Shown: positions 1 through 11,378 of the stretch, in pieces
Layout of the letters: each line of letters begins with the position of its first letter
How positions within the stretch are numbered: the first letter of the stretch is position 1
DNA from: Tubiluchus corallicola
Lineage: Eukaryota > Animalia > Priapulida
Assembly (NCBI GenBank): GCA_030141605.1
Contig: JAQGDQ010000367.1
Span: forward strand, 124,001 to 188,000
Direction: 5' to 3'
DNA: 64,000 nt
Notes under the pieces: model-generated
The model's input: only the letters and a program-made list of their open reading frames with translations
Databases searched by the model: none
Told to the model about the DNA's origin: nothing
Made by a program: the position numbers and the translations under genes

Positions 1-481
1 ATTAGGCAGCGAGATTCTTTAGAGCAGTTTGAAATAGCTTCGCATCTGTATATAAACAAAACTTTCTGCATTGTTGTTCGTAAAATCTATCACTAATACG
101 CACAGTAATAACAGTTTGCGCCCAATACGTGGCCCGTACGGTTTGCGGCTTTTTGCCTTGTACAGCCTCCCAATCCACATCTGTATGTAAACTATGAATA
201 ATGTCTCCAAATGTGAACTGATGATGTGGGGGTTAAATAAAAAATATAAAAAAAGCAAAGTTAATATAATTCCTACCAAACAAACTAAACAAAAACGACT
301 GTTTGCAAAACTATTGATTTAGTGCTTCAGCTCTGGTGTTTCCGTAAAATGCATAAAATTTAATTTTAAAATTGAACGAAAATTAAGTTTAAATTTTGTA
401 ACACGAACTTGAAAACCTTGATTCGACTAGCTGTGATTATTTTTAACCAAATTAATTACTTTGTTTTTCTTTTTGCTTTAG

Positions 482-593
482 TTGGGGAACAAACTGGGGC
501 GAGGGCGGATACATGAAGCTGCGACGAGGGATAGGAGCTTGTAATATTCACTTATATGGAGGTTATCAGCCGTATAATTGTGGTGGTACATAG
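482..593 (+). CDS. Terminal exon of a papain-family (C1A, cathepsin-like) cysteine protease; upstream exons not found in the window
   Basis: Pyrimidine tract + AG at 480-481, then a phase-2 exon reading (S)WGTNWGEGGYMKLRRGIGACNIHLYGGYQPYNCGGT*, the C1A NSWGxxWGxxGY motif. An AT-rich 3' UTR with AATAAA follows. Not in the ORF track. Confidence 0.9.
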
Positions 594-1561
594 TAACGAA
601 TTGTGTCGCTATGAATCGCACAGGAATAAAAATAGTTAGTTATTCTACTAAACGCTCTCTAGATCTAAATATCTACAGTGGTAGCTATGCACGCTAATAT
701 GTAAATCCAATAGGCCCATATTGTAATTTAGAATTTTACTGTTTTGTAGACTGTTCTCTGTACTTTATGAAATTAATTTCATTACTTCCAGTGAGTTGAA
801 TTTGTTAAGGTTGTTTTATTGCTAGTATTGCTAGCGATGTAGTTGAAATGTCGTGAATTAGTTTTGTGGATCGAAACTTTTATTTATTTTTACTTTGTAA
901 ATAAGTCGAAGTATAATTTGTAATGTACATTATTAAAAAGAAAATGTTTACTGCTTTGTATGCTATAAATATATAGGGATTCATGTTAAATGATAATTAA
1001 TTTTGCTTTTGAATGAAAATTGACTGTACATAGTGTAAAAGCACTTTACAAAACGATAGCATTAAATGTACGTAACTGCTGATATTGTAAATAAAAAATA
1101 AAGTATTTAACTTATTGACGTTTTAATTATTTTGGGATAGGCCTAATTTTGACATTTTATTCCTGTCCTAATTTTGGCATTTTTATTCCTTTGCTAAAGA
1201 TCGTGATCTAAATTCACGTTTTCATTCCCAAAACACAGAAGCTGACAGATAAATGTGATTCCAAGTTTCCTCCAAGGACTCATCGACCTTCCGTCTGAAT
1301 CACGAAGGATCTGGGTAAAGTCGCGTAAATAGTTTCAGATCTTCCTTTCTAAAAGCAGTATAGATTCGCGGTACTTTTAAAATCGTCGAGATTGACCAAA
1401 TTTGTGCACCTAGGCAACCTAGCCAACGTTAATCAACGATAAAAATCACTAGTTATTGTGGATTCGTTTTTTGAGATTGCTCAAGTTCCAAGTTTTTACT
1501 TCTTGAATGGTAGTGGTCCCATTGAGCACCATTCCCAAAATACAGGAAACCGTTACATCTC

Positions 1562-1860
1562 ACCATCATCATCCAATGAATCATACGTCCAGTGACATGA
1601 TTCTGCTCACCTCCCTATGTCAGGACTCCCTGCTCGCCGCAATGCCCCAAGGACATTTATTTCTAAGGATCAATGCTGAAGTGTTTAAACCTTTCTGTGC
1701 AAAATCTAAATATGGTAACATTTGTCCTCCTGCAGGTTTTTTTAGCTGGTTCAATGGCTTGTTGAAGAGCTATCTTCACTGGAATATCATCAGGTAGTCT
1801 AAGCATATGCCCAATCCATCTTAAACGGCGTATTTTTATTTTTCTTGTCCAAGGTTCTTC
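1562..1860 (-). mobile_element. 5'-truncated RTE-like LINE 3' end with (TGA)n tail
   Basis: Reverse complement is near-identical to 21820-22116; translates RRLRWIGHMLRLPDDIPVKIAL; ends in catcatcat. Confidence 0.85.
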
Positions 1861-2199
1861 TACTTATTACATCTACTTATTAATGACTAATGATAGTTGG
1901 TTACTGATTTATAGCTGATCAAACTATAATAATTTAGACATTCCAACGCGTTTTGTTCTGTTAGTCACAATAATGCCTCGTTTTCAACCAATCAAATAAA
2001 GTAGTTGTTTACTTCTCATGCTGCAGGTATGACTTAGCTATTCTCACAATGGAAAGCTGAAATGACGTCAGACGTATTTTGTCCCTAGTCCCATTGTTTC
2101 GTAAGTCAATCGAATTTCTTTCAAATTTTGACTTTGATGAAGATTTATTTTCGTCTTAACACTGTTTTTTGCCTTCTGTTTTTCCGCTGTTACCATAAA

Positions 2200-3231
2200 A
2201 TGGCAGAGATTTTTGTTTATTTCTTTCCTCCCGGATGGTGGAAATTCTTTATGATCGCTTTCTGCTTCCAGTTCGTTCTTATATTATTCAGTAACATGAC
2301 ATTTATTGTGACATTTTTCTGGGACAAACAGATGCGAACTCCAACAAACATGTACATTTTATCACTGACAGTAGCAAATATTCTGATGTGCATATGTGCT
2401 GTGGTCTACGCCCGTATGCTCTTTTTCACACCAGAGCAATACGAAACGGAGGACGCTCCTTGCAAACTGGGAAGTGTCAATTTTATAGCTAGTTATAATT
2501 TTATTTGCGCAGTCTTTACCATGGTCGCCATAGCTTTTGACAGATACAGGCATGTCATCCACCCCACAAAAGGAGATTTAACAAGGAAAGACGTAGGTCT
2601 ACGCATTTGCATAATATGGGTTATTGCATCAACTTATATTATAGTAGGTTATGTTCTCAATGCCATATATGGTATGGATTTGCCATCTTTAGACGAGATT
2701 ACCAATGAAACAGATCCAGATCTTGTATCGCTTATTTACAAACGGTATAACTACAGTAATGAGTTTATTTATTATTGCTCTGTTGTAATCAGCAATAGAG
2801 GCGCCCTAATTTACAGCATAGTGATATCTCTAATCGTCTACGCGGTGCCTCTTGTTTTGATGGGAAGCTTGTATGGACGAATCGTGCTTAGATTAGCTAA
2901 AAACTCGTCTGAATATCCTGCAGATGCCAAAATAGTAGTGCGAATGATGGAAACCATTCTTATCATGTTTGCTGTTGCATACTTACCACTGTTTATAATA
3001 CAAACTATGCGCACGGCTTGGCTAGGACGAACATCTCCCCATCAAGATCTGGGGATTGGAATTATCATCAATGTTTCTTATCTTCTTATTTTCTGCAACA
3101 CTTGGCTGATCGTTGTTGTCTATGCTTTCTACGACGCAGCGTTTCGGAGGTCTTTTTGCAAAATGCTATATGTGTGCCTGGTTAAGTTAACAATTTTGCA
3201 GCCAGATGAAGTTGCAGATAACGCCAGATAA
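2200..3231 (+). CDS. Intronless rhodopsin-class (class A) peptide-receptor-like GPCR, copy 1
   Basis: 7 hydrophobic segments; MRTPTNMYILSL, TM3 Cys and DRY, TM4 W, YAVP, AYLP, helix-8 FRRSF. Start placed at AAAATGGCA (MAE), conserved in all three paralogs. Confidence 0.93.
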   Translation: MAEIFVYFFPPGWWKFFMIAFCFQFVLILFSNMTFIVTFFWDKQMRTPTNMYILSLTVANILMCICAVVYARMLFFTPEQYETEDAPCKLGSVNFIASYNFICAVFTMVAIAFDRYRHVIHPTKGDLTRKDVGLRICIIWVIASTYIIVGYVLNAIYGMDLPSLDEITNETDPDLVSLIYKRYNYSNEFIYYCSVVISNRGALIYSIVISLIVYAVPLVLMGSLYGRIVLRLAKNSSEYPADAKIVVRMMETILIMFAVAYLPLFIIQTMRTAWLGRTSPHQDLGIGIIINVSYLLIFCNTWLIVVVYAFYDAAFRRSFCKMLYVCLVKLTILQPDEVADNAR

Positions 3232-3465
3232 TAATCTGTGAAAGACTTGAAGGGCACCCATCAGAATGAATACGGTTGGCAAATATAATATGAAAATTTT
3301 CCTACGTTCTGAAAGCGATGAATTGAAAATGCAACAGTTTACTGAAAAACATGTATGAAAATCTCATTCTAGATTATAAGTCACGTTCTGACATGATGTA
3401 ATGTTACATGCATACTGTAACGTATAAGAATAATGAAAATAATACTGTCTATGATTACATCACGT

Positions 3466-3474
3466 ATAATAATA

Positions 3475-3548
<74 letters not shown>

Positions 3549-3593
3549 AATAATAATAATAATAAAATAATAATAATAATAATAATATAATAA

Positions 3594-3645
<52 letters not shown>

Positions 3646-3669
3646 TTAATATTAATAATAATAATAATG
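3466..3669. repeat. Compound (GAT)n/(AAT)n microsatellite
   Basis: Directly visible; explains the poly-D/N/I ORFs. Confidence 0.97.
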
Positions 3670-4269
3670 AGCATCTGGGCTATTATAACTTTACGAATCA
3701 TGCCATCACTTTCTTGTGACCAAAGATAGCTATTTGGCAATCAAAGAACATGCGTTTTTTTCCAACAAGGTCAAATAAAAATTTTGCCTATTAATAGCGC
3801 AATTACTAAATAAAAGTACAGGCTGTTGTAAAAAAACCCAATGTGCTGTTAAAGACTGAAAGACGTGGATGGCAGTGCTCCGTTTATTGTACATCATATT
3901 TGAACAACACTAGATTGCACTAGTTATTTTTTGACTGACAGTTTTCTGTAGGTAAAATCAATACTAGTGTTCCTCAAGGTTTGTTATAACCCAATTTCCT
4001 TTGAACTGGGCTGTGAATCGTAAAGCAAAGTTTGTTAAAACAACACATTGCAGTTGAATACTGAGTTAAATTGTGTATATGCAGATGGTAAGAAATTAAA
4101 ATTCAAAAGACCACAACAATTTACTAAGCAATCTTAATTTTCCATTATTACATACATGAAAAAGCATCACACATCAAAAGTAAACCCCAGTTACGCAAAA
4201 TAAGTTTAAATAACCACTAAAAAATTGATAACTAAGTTTTCCAAAGCGTTTCATTTGATTTTCTGTGAT

Positions 4270-4600
4270 CTTTTACCGTTCGGTAATCTAATTAAATATT
4301 GTAAAAGTGACGTATAATATTTATCAGCTCTACATTTTTCTTCAAAATATTTTTTGTTTCTAGTCGTTCTTATACCTGCTTGTTCTCTTGTTGCTGTAAT
4401 TAAATTGAATTTTTGAATTTACTACAACATTTCAAACACAAATTAGTTTGCCGTTTTTCCAGTATTTCCAGTTTTAAATCAGCAAGTGCATTTTGATACG
4501 TTCTATAATTACTATGTCGTATAATTTTGCACCTCTTTTTTGAAATTGTTCAAGTTCTTTAAATTGTGAAGCAGTAATACTAAAGTGTACTAGTATGCGA
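4270..4600 (-). mobile_element. Decayed L2/CR1-group LINE ORF2 C-terminus
   Basis: Frameshifted translation ELEQFQKRGAKL..YQNALADLKLEILEKRQTNLCLKC..RTTRNKKYFEEKCRADKYYTSLLQYLIRL matches the typical LINE C-terminal pattern (LERxQKRA..YxxAL..RRxxLC..S..YL.RL). Confidence 0.7.
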
Positions 4601-7229
4601 AGTATAGGAAGCCCGTAATTTTTCTCATAATTCTCGTTTTGTTACACTTCTCATAGTCTTACCCTGACATTCCTAGATGCAGCAAACATTTTCCTTTTAA
4701 CTTTTTCGCTATGGACTCCTCTAACAGAAAAGTTTCCATGAAAATTACAAGCTCGCCTGATTCAAGAGGAATTTTACAGACCCACAAGCAGTTGCCACGT
4801 CCGTGGCGAATTCCCGAATAACATTCAACAATCACTTTCCACTAAAATATTTATTTTGGGGGTAAATTGTTCCTGTAAACTGTGACTGAGATAGTTCTCT
4901 CTATCATCAGGCATTCAAAATATCTTTAAAAGAGTGTTTCAAAGTACATCCGTTTTACCTACGTATTCCGCACTATAACCAAGACACTCATTTATAAGCG
5001 ACTCGTGATTTATTAAAAGTTTGTCTTATTTTTACAATGTTTGAAAAGGGCCAATTTCAGTTATACAAATATAAGAAAACAACAGGCTAACAAGCAGCAT
5101 AGACGTTTTGGTTGATAGCCAAGTTCGGCGTACACTGTTGCTCAAAGAATCATTGACGATTAACCAAGTTTTGAATATTCTATGCTAATAATCTAAGAAG
5201 CAAAGCTTATTCTAAAATGTTGGTGCATTGTTGTTTAGCTTTACTCACAACAAAATTAAAATTATTTACATATATGTGGTTTCGTTTATATTATAATTTA
5301 TTGGATGAAAGTACGTTAACACAGTTATCCGGTCATTAATTACAAAGTACCAGACAAAACAAATAAAATAAGTACAAGGTAGTAAGTAACACATTACCAA
5401 ACAAAAACAACATCAAACTCTGATAATGTCATAAACCCAACTTCACGTACACATTCAATCAAGTTTTGAATGCTTTAATTTTAACTTTTATTTTTTATTT
5501 AACCCAAATCTGGGCTGGGAGACCCATACAGACGCCCACCCAGACCATTAACATAAATAGCATAGAATAAAATACGGCAGTTTGATCGATGGTGACGTAA
5601 TGACGAAACAATTATGATTAGTGAACAATTTATCATACAGGACAGTAACTATTAATACTATTACTCTATTGGATTTTACCGATTGAAGTACGAACACGCA
5701 TAACCTGAGGTGAAACAATAATATTATAGCACATATGGGATCAACATAATTAACGACGACAAAAATAAAGTTCGCATACATGAAAATTATCGGAATAAGT
5801 ATTATAAAAAAATAATTTACAATGTCTCAAGGATTTATAACCATGAGTGTGAACTTTATCAGTTACATGACTTGGAAGATTATTTTAACTAAAGAAAAGA
5901 TGATTCGCCAAAGAACGATTTGAAAATATTAAATGTAAATTAGGTGGAGGTATAGTTTCTCTTGTAGGGTATTCATGGTAAACAGTTCCTCGCATTATGA
6001 AAATAAGCAGGTAATAAATAATTGCAATATCTAAAATAAGATTTACGTTTTGTAACAGCAAGTAAATGTTCAACCTTCAGCACTTTAAATTGACTGAAAA
6101 GAGGTTCGATATGACTGAGGAATGGAGTAAGTTAACATCCTAATGTTCTAAGAAGCTAAGGTTACTTATTCTAAAATGTTTGGTGCATTGTATCTAAGTT
6201 TGACTGATTACTTTAAGTATTGTAGTTTTGTTTCTTTGTGCAATTGTTAGTTTTGCTCTTACTTTAAAATTTGCAGCAACAAGATCTAAATTATTTACAA
6301 GTTCGTGGTTTCGTTTATATTATATCAACATACACCGCCTATCATTAGTAAATTGGATATACAAATTCTGTTTCTCAGACCCTTTCACAGATTTACTGAA
6401 ACCGCCCATTTGTCTTGTTTATTATGACTATTTATTTAGTTACATGACAGCTTGATTTAACAATGGCGTCCACTGCCATTGTTCGTACCTACCAAGTAAT
6501 AAATAGCTAATAGCTATTAGCTATTAGTAATAAATAGCTCTCAACGTATATCCATTAGATGAAGATAACGCAAAAGAAGCTTTTTATAACAAATTTTTAT
6601 TAGAATTCACAGCAAGAAAAGATAGCTGTAAAATATATAATTATACTATAGGCCATTTTGAGTTAATTGTAAAGTATGCTTTTAACTACTCATAATAAGT
6701 TTTACACATTTTTTCATATGTAAGTATTTTTTACAATTTTACAGGTTGTCACAGCATCTCGCAAAGAAAAATATTAATATAAATCTGTTGTTCGTGATAG
6801 GGCATATAGTCCTGTAATCGGACATATGATGAAAACAGCACGTTAATTTTTAACAATAAAAACATTTAATGAATAGGAAATTTTCCACGGTCTTCGATTA
6901 TCGTCGCGATCGGCTCACTGCTTTAACAAATGCTCCATTATTCCCAGAAAGCAAGCCGGTCATATCTGTCAGTGAAGTCACGTTAACATGATTATTCAAA
7001 ATCAAATTAATTTAAATTGATTAGCTTGCAATTTTGTGCTTTTTATTAATGTGTAAACTTTGTTTACTCTACTTATTTGTTCATACGATTTGAGTAACTA
7101 AAACTACTCCTGATACAACTTTTACAACATTCCTATTTCAACTCACTTTTTTGTTCTTTCTTGGCTTCTGTAATCCAAAATAATAATAATAGTAATAACA
7201 AAGAGAACCTAGGAATCCCTAAAGTCAAG

Positions 7230-7571
7230 TCACCGTCTTCCCAAACTAAATGTGTTTGCTTTCGAGACGCATTGAGTTGGAGACGCATGAGGGCGACACT
7301 GACACGTGTTCGTGTATTCGTCGCAGTAAACGTGTAAGCTTTCAGCGCACTCTGACGTCGTGAAACAGAAACCGCCCAGAGGAGCTTCTATAAAAAGTAG
7401 AAAAATACCAATTAATGTGGTTGTTACTAGTACTCGATAGATAGATATTTTATTTCTGAAAATCAAATTTCTCACCCGAAAATTACAAAATCAACGCATA
7501 CCTGATAGTTTTATCACCGGGCAGAGCGCGAGTAATGATTTTGAGATTATACTAACCATTAGAGCCAACAT
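7230..7571 (-). CDS. Cys-rich EB-module-like exons (7571-7502 hydrophobic leader; 7387-~7233 six-Cys module)
   Basis: MLALMVSIISKSLLALCPVIKLS, donor G|gtatgc, acceptor tttttatag|AA, giving E-APLGGFCFTTSECAESLHVYCDEYTNTCQCRPHASPTQC. Phase-1 splice is in frame; Cys spacing G-x2-C-x5-C-x7-C-x6-C-x-C-x8-C. Confidence 0.7.
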
Positions 7572-9092
7572 AGCTGCACACGGTATATACACAGTTATAC
7601 AAATTTAGCTTTAACAAACTCTATGAAGCGAAAGAAGCTATTAACTAAATATTTGTACATATTTGTAAAAATATTTTTACCGATGTGATAATCACAAAGA
7701 TGCAGTTATATGTCCGCTAACAAAAACCTATAATATTTAGTACTAACTGCCCGGCTGGAATGCAAGTACGCAATGAGCTAAACTAAATGAGATTACCGAG
7801 GCAATAAAATGATCTACGGACGATATTTTTATTCTCTGACAGAGTTATTTTAATTGTGAAGCCAGCAGTGTCGAATTCTATAAACGTTGAAGACGAGACG
7901 AGGCAGCACCTTTGACGTTTGGAACTCCGCCCCTAATCCCTACTGGCTAGTTTTCCACGGAGATAAAATCAAAGAGGAGGCAGCAGGCAAAAACTTACAT
8001 CGGTTATGCGAACCGTCTTCTTAAGACAACTTCGTAATTTCAGATACATTCGCATTATCACCACAGAATCAAGAGAGCTATACTTACCGTGTCAAGTACT
8101 TATTTTGATATGCTGCATAATCATACATACATACATATATATATATGTATTTGTTGTGTGATAAAGTTGGACGCAAACCCCTATATACGACTTATGAGTT
8201 GGAATACCAGCAGCCCAGCATTTATTACATCAACAAATAAAATCACCAGTTTCAATACTTATATGACTATATCTATAACTGCACTATCACACAAACGAAT
8301 GTTCGTGGCTTAAACGTTAAAGGTAGACAAACTTCCACGTACATTTGTGAATGATACATTGACCTATTACCTGCCAAAATTTGGCAAAAAATACAAAACG
8401 GTTTATTTAATTACGTATTTATTAGTTAGTTGTTTGGTTGGTTGGCCGGTCGGTCTATTTGTTGGTCCATTTGTTTGTTTGCTTACTTGCTTGCTTGTTC
8501 GTTGTTTTTTAAATACTAATTTAATTCTGCAATTCGGTTAAAGGTAAACCGGACGAATGTGCAAACAAAAGTTCAAAATAAAGAATGTTCTAAAATATTG
8601 AAACTACAATAGCTTATTTTAAATCAAAGCTTAGATTAAATAATAATTACCGCAGGTTTTGTTAAACTTTCAAAGCTATGCGCGGCTCAGTGAGTCTACT
8701 AAGATTGGCAACGGCGCCTTTTTGTCACATGCGTGTGGCCGACAAATAGAAGGCGGTACTGTGATAACCATGATCATGAACTGCAGTGTTAGCTTCTGAC
8801 GACATATGATGTAGAGCCCATTTTCGTGACATCACGCGTTTAAGCAGTAACGCTTACGCAAACGTGCTTGACGTGCAAGAGAAGATGCCTGCCATTGCAC
8901 AAACTGTGGTTACTTTGTGACGTAGCGATAGCTGTGTTCGGTTGCCGTTAATTAACTTTCTTAGCCAATTATTCAAATTTAAGAAACAATTGCTAACTTT
9001 TATGGGCAAGAAATGTATATTTTGGACAGTGAATTAAAATGAGATTGAGCCTAAACAATCGTCCAGTTTTCCTTTAATCCGCGTAGACTTAC

Positions 9093-9200
9093 CAAGAAAG
9101 CAAAATCTTTCTGCTAAAGTAGTACCACCACAGGCTGCTCTGCGTACTCCAGGTCGCCAGCATTCTTTGTCCTCCACGCATGGATCATCAAAGCGTTTTA
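9093..9200 (-). CDS. Phase 1-1 Cys-rich exon (108 nt)
   Basis: ttttttgcag acceptor and G|gtaagt donor; VKRFDDPCVEDKECWRPGVRRAACGGTTLAERFCFL, in frame with the 9904-9767 exon. Confidence 0.7.
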
Positions 9201-9766
9201 CTGCAAAAAAGATGTCTACTCGAGAAACGACAAGTGAAATTCACTAAACGAATGTATTGTGAAAGTTATTTCTAGAATGAACCCATGCGAACGGTAATAC
9301 AAGAAACAACAAAAATATTTTATCAGAAGTATGAAATAGATCGGTCAAAACACGAAATTAGATCTTGCAAGTTTCCTTCTGGAAACCGCGCTGTTTGAGT
9401 GTGAAACTCATTTTCTTCCAGTATTTAAACAGTTCAATGTGTGGAAAATGGCTAACTCTAAGATAAACAACTCATCATTAATTTATGTTACGAAAAAGTT
9501 CGAAAAACTAAGTTAGAAAATAAAATAACTACTCGCACACAGCTACACGCATCCAAATGTTGTTTAGACACGTCTGTCGCATTCAACTTGCTACATTTTT
9601 TAACATTACCCTCGATAATTAGCTAGATGCTGGTCACGCCACAGTCATCTATATTAAGTAAGAGCTGAGCTAAAAAACAAAAGCCATATTCGGTCAGGCT
9701 TCTAGCTTGTGTATAAGCCAACCTGGTGTTTCCAATTACACTAATCGATACAAAAGCTCCGCCTAC

Positions 9767-9904
9767 CTTTCACACAATGACCTCTTATATACATGAAACT
9801 TCTGGCTCTGTCGCATTGGCATATCATCCGCCCGTACTTCACGATGCACATAGCATGTTGAGGACATTGTTCGTTCGTGACGCAATTGTCGCCAACATCA
9901 ACAG
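9767..9904 (-). CDS. Phase 1-1 EB-module-like exon (138 nt)
   Basis: ttattttag acceptor and G|gtaggc donor; VDVGDNCVTNEQCPQHAMCIVKYGRMICQCDRARSFMYIRGHCVK, 6 Cys with CxC. Confidence 0.75.
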
Positions 9905-10440
9905 CTAAAATAAGCAATAAGTACTTATTGAACAAATTGGACTGTTATTATGCTGTTATAAATGTAACAAGTAACGTATAAAAATCAGCGATGTTTATAA
10001 GCAAAATTAGCCATGTATTAGATAAATAAATTATACTAAGAAACTGTTTCTTACACCCACTTAGCAACTACATTACAGCACAAACATATAGTCATTATAA
10101 TGGCTCCATTCTTGGGAAAACAATCATCTGATCTGTTTGAGACTCAATCTATAAACCTCTATAGCTAGAATGCCAACGTTAAAAAACCGAAATTTTTGGA
10201 ATGATTAGATTTTGGGCTAAATGAAAACAAGCACATCTCCGTCAGACGCTAAAAATCTAGTTTCTTTTCTTAAAATTGTAACACATTTTTACGCAAATTT
10301 TATTCATGTTTTTCTCCTTTTCAGTCAAAAATAGTTTCAAAAATTTAGTAATTGTAGGGACATATAGCGATCAATAAAACAAATAGTATTTTAGAAGAAG
10401 TAAAAGCCGAATGGAAAATTTTCCGCCATCATGATTAACA

Positions 10441-11344
10441 CTAGCCACTGTATCCCACTATAGTCCTCAACAGAGGTCCCTCTACTGTTTTAATTTGTAA
10501 TAATTGCTTACGTGGTAAGTTTAAACGCAAATCGAAAAAGTTTCGACAAGCCACCTTCATTCCGATGCTTAGCCCCCTGTATAAAACACACACAAAAAAC
10601 AAAGTATAAAGAATAATAATCATTTTTTATAACCTGCCAAGTTTTTATACACATTCAAATTTGCCAAAGTTGCCAATTTTTTCCTATTACAAAACTCATT
10701 TAGTTCCACATAATAAAAAACTAGTTTTATTAACTAGCAAATCTTATAAATCATTTGTCTGAGGAATTGATTTATTTGCTTTAAATTTCAATTTAGGACA
10801 AGCTTAGAAACTAGACGACTCAGCGCATGCGTGCTGAACTCTGTTATCTTGTAGCTACTAAACCAACTCATCTAGCTCTCAGTTACATTTTTGTCTTGTT
10901 CGGTAAAGATTTATTTGAAGAATTTAGCCGTACGTACAACACATACATACATACATACATACGACATAATTGTTTCCTGACAATTAACGATTCTAATAAC
11001 GTTTCAAACACGTTGTAACTACTGCTTACCCTTGAAATGGCTCGTAGCCATCTTGTTCTCTCACGGCGCAAGACACTTGATACGATTCCCACGTTGAATA
11101 TGGATAAAATTTAATAAAAACTCTATTTGTGTATCGTGTATAATATACAAACGTAGCTGAGTATCTGTGTTGCTCTACGACAATCTGTAAAAAACCGTAG
11201 GGAAATGTTTCTAAATGTGAGAAAAGCGCGAAATAAAAGACTGCCACAAATATTATCAACACATTTAAAAATAGCAGAAAATCTTCTATCTGCTTGGAAC
11301 GTTTATTTGCGAACCAACATGTCTTCATTATGTTCTGACGTAAT

Positions 11345-11378
<34 letters not shown>

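Noticed and set aside
19-279. Minus-strand 86-aa ORF
   Set aside because: No recognisable family, and it lies within the probable last intron of the cysteine protease gene.
1507-1797. Paralogous short ORFs here and at 19235-19423
   Set aside because: Antisense reading of LINE 3' ends.
2128-2199. N-terminal extensions given in the ORF track for the GPCRs, PNP and SOSS-B
   Set aside because: Most start at non-ATG codons or run through intronic pyrimidine tracts; conserved MAE starts and splice acceptors indicate downstream ATGs.
3381-3740. Poly-I/D/N ORFs (likewise 11205-11524, 41596-42000, 42656-42844, 62998-63322)
   Set aside because: Translations of microsatellites.
10055-10127. Signal-peptide first exon for the 9904 EB-like exon
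   Set aside because: Available donors are phase 0 or 2 and do not fit the phase-1 acceptor.
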